From a bacterium (lineage in GTDB: Bacteria; Bacteroidota; Bacteroidia; Bacteroidales; FEN-979), in the NCBI GenBank assembly GCA_037141055.1, contig JBAXDH010000005.1:90-64089 (forward strand): DNA of 64,000 nt, written 5' to 3'. Each line of letters begins with the position of its first letter. Position 1 is the first letter of the stretch. A program made the position numbers and the translations under genes. The notes beneath the pieces were generated by a model. That model was not told where the DNA came from and did not search any database. It saw nothing but the letters and a program-made list of their open reading frames with translations. This document shows, piece by piece, positions 58,934-64,000 of the stretch.

Positions 58934-60070
58934 TTAATTGATCGCAAACGGATGTGAAGTGACCACGTCAATATTCCGCTGAATCAGCTTGTGGATGTTC
59001 TTCAGATATGGCTTTTCATCCGCTGAACAAAATGAGAGGGCAGATCCGGTCTCACCGGCGCGGCCTGTCCTGCCGATGCGGTGCACATAAGTTTCAGCCT
59101 GCTCCGGGATCTCGTAATTGATGACATGCGTAAGTTTATCCACATCAATGCCCCTTGAAGCGACATCGGTCGCAACCAGTACGCGGATGCTCCGGCTCTT
59201 GAAATCTTTCAGGGCTTTGTCGCGCGCACTCTGCGACTTGTTGCCATGGATGGCCTGCGCCTTGATCCCGTTGCGGATAAGATCCTTCACAACTTTGTCG
59301 GCGCCATGCTTCGTACGGGTGAAAATCAATACGTTTTTAACAGATTCGTTTTCTAAAATATGCGTTAAAAGAAGCTTTTTGTTTTCTTTCTTTACGTGAT
59401 AAACCGATTGAGATACCAATACCGGAGGTGCGGTATTGGGCGACATGTTGAGAGAGACCGGGTTGTGAAGCAGTGATGCAGCCAGTTTCCTGATCTCTTC
59501 GGGCGCAGTTGCCGAAAAAAGCATTGTTTGCCTTTTTGCCGGGAGCTTCGCAGTAATTTTCCTGATGTCGTTGATAAATCCCATGTCGAGCATCCGGTCG
59601 GCTTCATCCAGCACAAGGTATTCCACCCTGTTAAGATGGACAAATCCCTGGTTCATCAGGTCGAGCAAACGGCCGGGAGCGGCAACGATAATATCCACTC
59701 CCTTTTGCAGGGCCTGGGTCTGTGCTTTTTGTGAAATGCCTCCATAAATGGTTACAAGCCGGATGTCGAGTCCTTTGCCGTAACTGGTAATTTCTTCGCT
59801 GATCTGGGCCACCAGCTCGCGTGTCGGGGCAAGGATCAATGTTCTTACTTCCCTGCGTGTATTGCGGTCTTTTTCTGTTTCGAGCAGTTGAAGAATCGGC
59901 AGTGCGAAGGCAGCAGTCTTGCCTGTGCCAGTTTGTGCGCATCCGAAAATATCTTTACCCTGTAAAATTACCGGGATCGCTTTTTCCTGGATTGGTGTCG
60001 GGATCAGGTACCCTTTTTTACTGACAGCCGTTAATAAAGGCTGGATTAAATTCAAACTTTCAAAAGTCAT
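58934..60070 (-). CDS. DEAD-box ATP-dependent RNA helicase (RhlE-like)
   Basis: 378 aa with Q motif TPIQEKAIP, motif I AQTGTGKT, DEAD, SAT and HRIGRTGR. Confidence 0.9.
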   Translation of the reverse strand: MTFESLNLIQPLLTAVSKKGYLIPTPIQEKAIPVILQGKDIFGCAQTGTGKTAAFALPILQLLETEKDRNTRREVRTLILAPTRELVAQISEEITSYGKGLDIRLVTIYGGISQKAQTQALQKGVDIIVAAPGRLLDLMNQGFVHLNRVEYLVLDEADRMLDMGFINDIRKITAKLPAKRQTMLFSATAPEEIRKLAASLLHNPVSLNMSPNTAPPVLVSQSVYHVKKENKKLLLTHILENESVKNVLIFTRTKHGADKVVKDLIRNGIKAQAIHGNKSQSARDKALKDFKSRSIRVLVATDVASRGIDVDKLTHVINYEIPEQAETYVHRIGRTGRAGETGSALSFCSADEKPYLKNIHKLIQRNIDVVTSHPFAIN

Positions 60071-60252
60071 TTAGTTGTTGTTAATGTAAATATAATTGAT
60101 TATTCCGGTCACATACCTGCAAAGCAGTTATAACCGGGGTGCATTAAAAAAGTGTACGTTGGGCTGAATTGTAAAAGTGGGAGGATTACATACAGATTGA
60201 GATACAATCTTTCAAATGGGACTGCAAAGATACAAATAATATTGAGATGGAT

Positions 60253-60292
60253 GCAAAATAATCCTGGTAACCAATTTCAGGTTACATTCAGG
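60253..60292 (-). terminator. Hairpin overlapping the STAS gene stop, followed by a T-rich tract
   Basis: The minus strand reads CCTGAATGTAACC-TGAAATT-GGTTACCAGG then ATTATTTTGC. Confidence 0.4.
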
Positions 60293-60588
60293 ATCTCATC
60301 CAGCCCGGATATTTTAAAAGTTTTCTTGATAAACGGCTGACAATGAGCAATGGAGAAATGTCCGGAACCGGCCTGCTTTGCAACACTAACGCAGATGCGG
60401 ATGAAAGAGGAAGAAATATATTCAACATCACGAAGGTCAAATACGATATTATCTTCAGGCAAACCGTCTTTGGCAGGCAGGTTCAGCTGGACTATTTCAC
60501 TTAATTTCTGAACGGCCAGTGTGTCGAGCCTCCCGGCGAAGATTGCCGTCAAGATTTTTTCATCGGGTTTATAATCAAAAGTTACCAT
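60277..60588 (-). CDS. STAS-domain protein (anti-sigma-antagonist-like)
   Basis: 103 aa. FAGRLDTLAVQKL...IVFDLRDVEYISSSFIRI...FKISGLDEIL fits the SpoIIAA/STAS pattern. Confidence 0.6.
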   Translation of the reverse strand: MVTFDYKPDEKILTAIFAGRLDTLAVQKLSEIVQLNLPAKDGLPEDNIVFDLRDVEYISSSFIRICVSVAKQAGSGHFSIAHCQPFIKKTFKISGLDEILNVT

Positions 60589-60598
60589 GGTTTGCAGG

Positions 60599-62032
60599 TT
60601 AATGATTTTTATAATAATCTTTCATGATGTTATCGGTATCCAACGTTTCGTCATAATACGTGCCCTGATCGTGGCTGAACCACATCTCATTTGGCTTCCG
60701 CCGGCTTACACGCTGAATATTGATCAGGTTCTTCGCGGTTATATTTTCCGTGGTGATGTTTTTTCCGCCGGTTCCGCAGCCCAGGGTGAGCGAAGGGGGC
60801 AGGTGATTGTAAAAGTAACCCACTGCACCCTGCGAAGTGGGGGTGTTGACCAGGATCCGCCCGGCATTCAGCAGTTCGGCGTATTCCATGATCCGTGCTT
60901 CATCGTTGGCATAAATGCAGGCGCTGTGTCCGATCCCGCCGAGGTAGTTCAGGTCGATGCACATGTTTATTGCAGTGTTGTAATCTGCGGCGGAATAAAA
61001 TGCCAGGATGGGAGCGAGCACTTCAACTGAAAGCGGGTGATCATGCCCGATGCCGTCAAGTTTTGCCAGAAGGATCCTCGTTCCGTCCGGAACGCTTATT
61101 CCCGCCTTGGCGGCAATTACCGAAACCGGCTGCCCGACAATGAACGGACTCATGCTCATTGTTTCTGCGACAATTGCGATCTTCTGAACTTTCTCAGTCT
61201 CCTCCGGATTCAGGAAATAACAATGCTGGTTTTCGAACTCTTTCCGCACCTGCTGCTCGATGCTGCTCACAACAACGATGGCCTGTTCGCTCGCACATAT
61301 GGTACCGTTGTCGAATGTTTTGGATGAGATGATGTTTTGTACCGCGAAAGGGATGTCAGCGCTTTCATCGATAAAAACAGGCACATTGCCCGGACCCACA
61401 CCGATGGCAGGGTTACCTGAACTGTAAGCAGCCTTCACCAGCCCTGTTCCTCCGGTCGCAAGGATGAGTGCAATTTTAGGATGGCTCATGATTATATGCG
61501 TAAATTCCCTGCTGCCGGAAGAGATCATCTGGATGCAATCTTCGGGCGCACCTGCTTCAAGCGCGGCCTCATAGCAGATCCTGACGGTCTCGGCGCATGA
61601 TTTTGAGGCTCCGCGGTGGGCGCTGATGATGATCGGGTTCCTGGATTTCAGGCAGATCAGTATTTTAAACATCGTGGTTGAAGTGGGGTTCGTCACCGGT
61701 ATAACGGCAAGGATAGGCCCCAGCGGCTGGGCAATTTCCGTAATGCCTGTCCCAGGGTTTGAAGAAATCACCCCTACGGTTTTTTCATTCCGGATGCTTT
61801 CGTAAACCAATTGGGTTGCCAGTACGTTTTTGATCACCTTGTGCTCCCAGATTCCCATCCCGGTCTCCTCCTGCGCCATTTTTGCAAGTTTCACCCGGTT
61901 TTTGAATCCGGCTTTGAAAACGGATTCTACAATCAGGTCGGTTTGTTCCTGGTTGTATTGGTGATACTCCGCAGCGGCCAGTTGTGCCCTGTCAAGTATG
62001 TCATTGGCTTTTTCGAGAAGATTGTCAGACAT
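60599..62032 (-). CDS. CoA-acylating aldehyde dehydrogenase (stand-alone AdhE N-terminal-type ALDH)
   Basis: 477 aa. PVTNPTST, ATGGTGLVKAAYSSGNPAIGVGPGN and FDNGTICASEQ (catalytic Cys) are typical of acetaldehyde dehydrogenase (acetylating). Confidence 0.8.
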   Translation of the reverse strand: MSDNLLEKANDILDRAQLAAAEYHQYNQEQTDLIVESVFKAGFKNRVKLAKMAQEETGMGIWEHKVIKNVLATQLVYESIRNEKTVGVISSNPGTGITEIAQPLGPILAVIPVTNPTSTTMFKILICLKSRNPIIISAHRGASKSCAETVRICYEAALEAGAPEDCIQMISSGSREFTHIIMSHPKIALILATGGTGLVKAAYSSGNPAIGVGPGNVPVFIDESADIPFAVQNIISSKTFDNGTICASEQAIVVVSSIEQQVRKEFENQHCYFLNPEETEKVQKIAIVAETMSMSPFIVGQPVSVIAAKAGISVPDGTRILLAKLDGIGHDHPLSVEVLAPILAFYSAADYNTAINMCIDLNYLGGIGHSACIYANDEARIMEYAELLNAGRILVNTPTSQGAVGYFYNHLPPSLTLGCGTGGKNITTENITAKNLINIQRVSRRKPNEMWFSHDQGTYYDETLDTDNIMKDYYKNH

Positions 62033-62075
62033 GAAATTTAAAATTTATTATTACGAAGTAAATGTACAAAATATG

Positions 62076-63734
62076 TTATAATCCCAACACAGTGGTTCCC
62101 TGCTCGTAGATGATGTCGAGCGGAATATTTGCCGTTCTCAGCCTTTCAATATCAGATTGCAAAACATCTTTAATCTTTCCATTGGTTTCAAGATACGCGC
62201 CGGCCCCGGGATAATCACCGTCACCTTCAAATTTAAGCACCATTGCAGCCCATTTGTTCATTGCTTGGCGGGTTTTCACGAAGTTTACCATATAGGTTCC
62301 GCCGGCGCTGCGTTCAAATGCCCCGTTGTCTGCGAAGAAGTTGAAACACATCATGTTGGCTTTTCCATGGGCACTTGCGGCACCGAAGCGCACCGACCTG
62401 ATCAGGCCGGCCATGTAAGTCACGTAACAATCTTCGGCAGTTATATCCTTAACTTCACCTTTTGCAATAAGCTGGGTAGTCATGAAAAGCCCAAGGATAT
62501 CGGCTTTCGCTTCCTCGAAGGAAGAATACTTCTCTTTCAGTGCTGCACGTACATTTCCTTTCCCGGTGATGGTGTTCTTGATCCCGAGGCCGTGTGCCAC
62601 TTCATGGAACATCACGTTGGAGAAAAATGCGTCGAACCTTACGTTTTTTCTCTGGACTGAATCTATGAGCACGTTTGCGATCGGGAGCAGGATATAATCA
62701 AACTTTGCGCGCATGGCGTTTTTAAGCTGGAGCCGGCGGGAACCTTTCGCCAGTTGCACTTTCTCGTCATTCGGAAGGTTGATGGCAATGGTTTTGCTGA
62801 CTTTATTCGAATTTCCCGAAACGAATACCACATCGTAGGCGTTGAGGTCTGAATCGGTTCCGGGTTTTTCCTGCTTGTATTTTGCATCCACCGGGAGATT
62901 TTTCTGCAGTTCGGGCAGGAAGGAGGCGAATTTTGCAAGTTTCCTGCTCCATTCCTGGTCTTTCACCAGCAGGGCGCCTTCGTAGGCAGTTTTATATCCG
63001 AAGAGTTCGTCCTCGTAGTTTTCAATCGGGCCGATGACAAAATCAAGGGTATTGTTTTTCATCTCCATCCAGGCCATGTCGCTGGCAAAATAATCGTCGG
63101 TAAGGAATGCCTGCGCCCTGAGGCCCAGGTATTTTTTCAAGCCCGGATCTTCTGCCAGTGCGGATGCCTGCCGCAATAATTCTGCAGCCCTGGTGATTTT
63201 GTCCTTGTATGCTTCATGGTACCAGACTGCTTTCAGCGATTTGTCGTCATTTCTTCTGATCAAAGTGTACTGGCTGGTCTTGTCGGGGTTGTTCCATTTC
63301 TCAAACTCTTCTTTTGTCATGTCTGCCGGGTAGAACTTTGCGCCGGCCTGCTTTTCTCCGAACCCTGGAATGAAAGGCTTGTTGCCGTTCAACCGCTCCC
63401 ATGGGCCATAGTTGATTTCCGCAAATTGCCGCATGAGCGAATCCTTTACGGTGTCCATGAAGGCGATTTTATCCCCCAGTGTCTGTTCCCAGTACAATCC
63501 GTCGATAATTCCTGCAACCTCGATCAGGATTGGAATCATCTGCTTTTCTTTGGCGGTAAGTTTGGATATGTCGGTGGTGAGTTTTACCGAAACATACTCG
63601 CTGATCTTTGCTTTGACCAATGAATCCTGGGGACTGAGATTTTTTTTGTCATCCCCCGGCTGCCTGTTGCACCCGCCAAGGATAAGAATGAATGATGCAG
63701 CTATGACCAGCACCAGGTTTGTTTTTTGTGACAT
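62076..63734 (-). CDS. Zinc metallopeptidase lipoprotein, M49 (DPP III)-like with an HExxH variant motif
   Basis: 552 aa with lipobox LILGGC, then FHEVAHGLG followed by EEAKADILG. Resembles the two M49 zinc motifs with a pentapeptide first motif. By eye only. Confidence 0.5.
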   Translation of the reverse strand: MSQKTNLVLVIAASFILILGGCNRQPGDDKKNLSPQDSLVKAKISEYVSVKLTTDISKLTAKEKQMIPILIEVAGIIDGLYWEQTLGDKIAFMDTVKDSLMRQFAEINYGPWERLNGNKPFIPGFGEKQAGAKFYPADMTKEEFEKWNNPDKTSQYTLIRRNDDKSLKAVWYHEAYKDKITRAAELLRQASALAEDPGLKKYLGLRAQAFLTDDYFASDMAWMEMKNNTLDFVIGPIENYEDELFGYKTAYEGALLVKDQEWSRKLAKFASFLPELQKNLPVDAKYKQEKPGTDSDLNAYDVVFVSGNSNKVSKTIAINLPNDEKVQLAKGSRRLQLKNAMRAKFDYILLPIANVLIDSVQRKNVRFDAFFSNVMFHEVAHGLGIKNTITGKGNVRAALKEKYSSFEEAKADILGLFMTTQLIAKGEVKDITAEDCYVTYMAGLIRSVRFGAASAHGKANMMCFNFFADNGAFERSAGGTYMVNFVKTRQAMNKWAAMVLKFEGDGDYPGAGAYLETNGKIKDVLQSDIERLRTANIPLDIIYEQGTTVLGL

Positions 63735-63799
63735 GGAGGTGTTATTTTATTGCATGCGAAGGTAAAAAAAAATGGAATGTAATTTTTCATCTGGCATGC

Positions 63800-63830
63800 T
63801 TGATTCCATAAGTAATTTTATATAAATTTG
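63800..63830 (+). promoter_or_regulatory. Candidate promoter for the SPFH gene
   Basis: TTG (63800-02), a 20-nt spacer, then TAAATTTG (63823-30), 54 nt upstream of the ATG. Confidence 0.35.
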
Positions 63831-63883
63831 ACACAAAATATTTACGGGAATAACCTTAACTCAAAACCTTAATCCAAATCGCC

Positions 63884-64000
63884 ATGAACAATGTTATTAT
63901 TCTGATCATCGCCGGGGCAGTCGGGTTGCTCTTTTTCTCAGGTATCCGGATCGTTCGCCCGACCCACCGCGGACTGATTGAACGTTTTGGCAAGTATAAC
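63884..64000 (+). CDS. SPFH/band-7 (stomatin/HflK-like) protein, 5' part only (runs off the window)
   Basis: MNNVIILIIAGAVGLLFFSGIRIVRPTHRGLIERFGKYN: an N-terminal TM helix followed by the typical SPFH entry motif. Confidence 0.6.
   Translation, partial: MNNVIILIIAGAVGLLFFSGIRIVRPTHRGLIERFGKYN

Overview
This 64-kb chromosomal window most likely comes from an anaerobic member of the Bacteroidota/FCB group. Evidence: two proteins with T9SS C-terminal sorting domains, a short RpoD beginning MRQLKITKQ, TAnnTTTG-type -7 boxes, HydG, carbamate kinase and an AdhE-type aldehyde dehydrogenase. I support about 55 densely packed protein genes and recognised no rRNA, tRNA, CRISPR array, transposase or integrase. 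Most genes are housekeeping: mtaB, ligA, rpe, rpoD, pnp, rpsO, aroE, glmM, recR, nth, bcp, recA, and the sugar-nucleotide genes pgm/rfbD/uxs/ugd. Four things stand out. (1) A tightly coupled five-gene operon (25243-32870, minus strand) encodes a 5-TM protein with two His-x13-His pairs, a membrane-anchored Fe-S/FAD-NAD(P) oxidoreductase, a 20-haem and a 28-haem c-type cytochrome, and an outer-membrane beta-barrel. It reads as a possible cytoplasm-to-outer-membrane electron conduit with an unusual NOX-like inner-membrane module. (2) An orphan hydG is followed by two paralogous TM1266-like ACT-fold proteins that bracket an orphan HisKA_2 sensor kinase. (3) An SOS-type mutagenesis cassette (CI/XRE-S24 repressor, dinB, dnaE2) carries a shared 32-nt candidate operator at two promoters, and a T9SS-secreted thioredoxin-like protein gene sits inside it. 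(4) A dispersed family of 7-8 nt periodic xGAAAx/xGAAAT mini-arrays occurs at gene boundaries and in-frame inside dnaE2. All family assignments rest on motifs read by eye. No database or HMM search was possible, and several start codons are uncertain.
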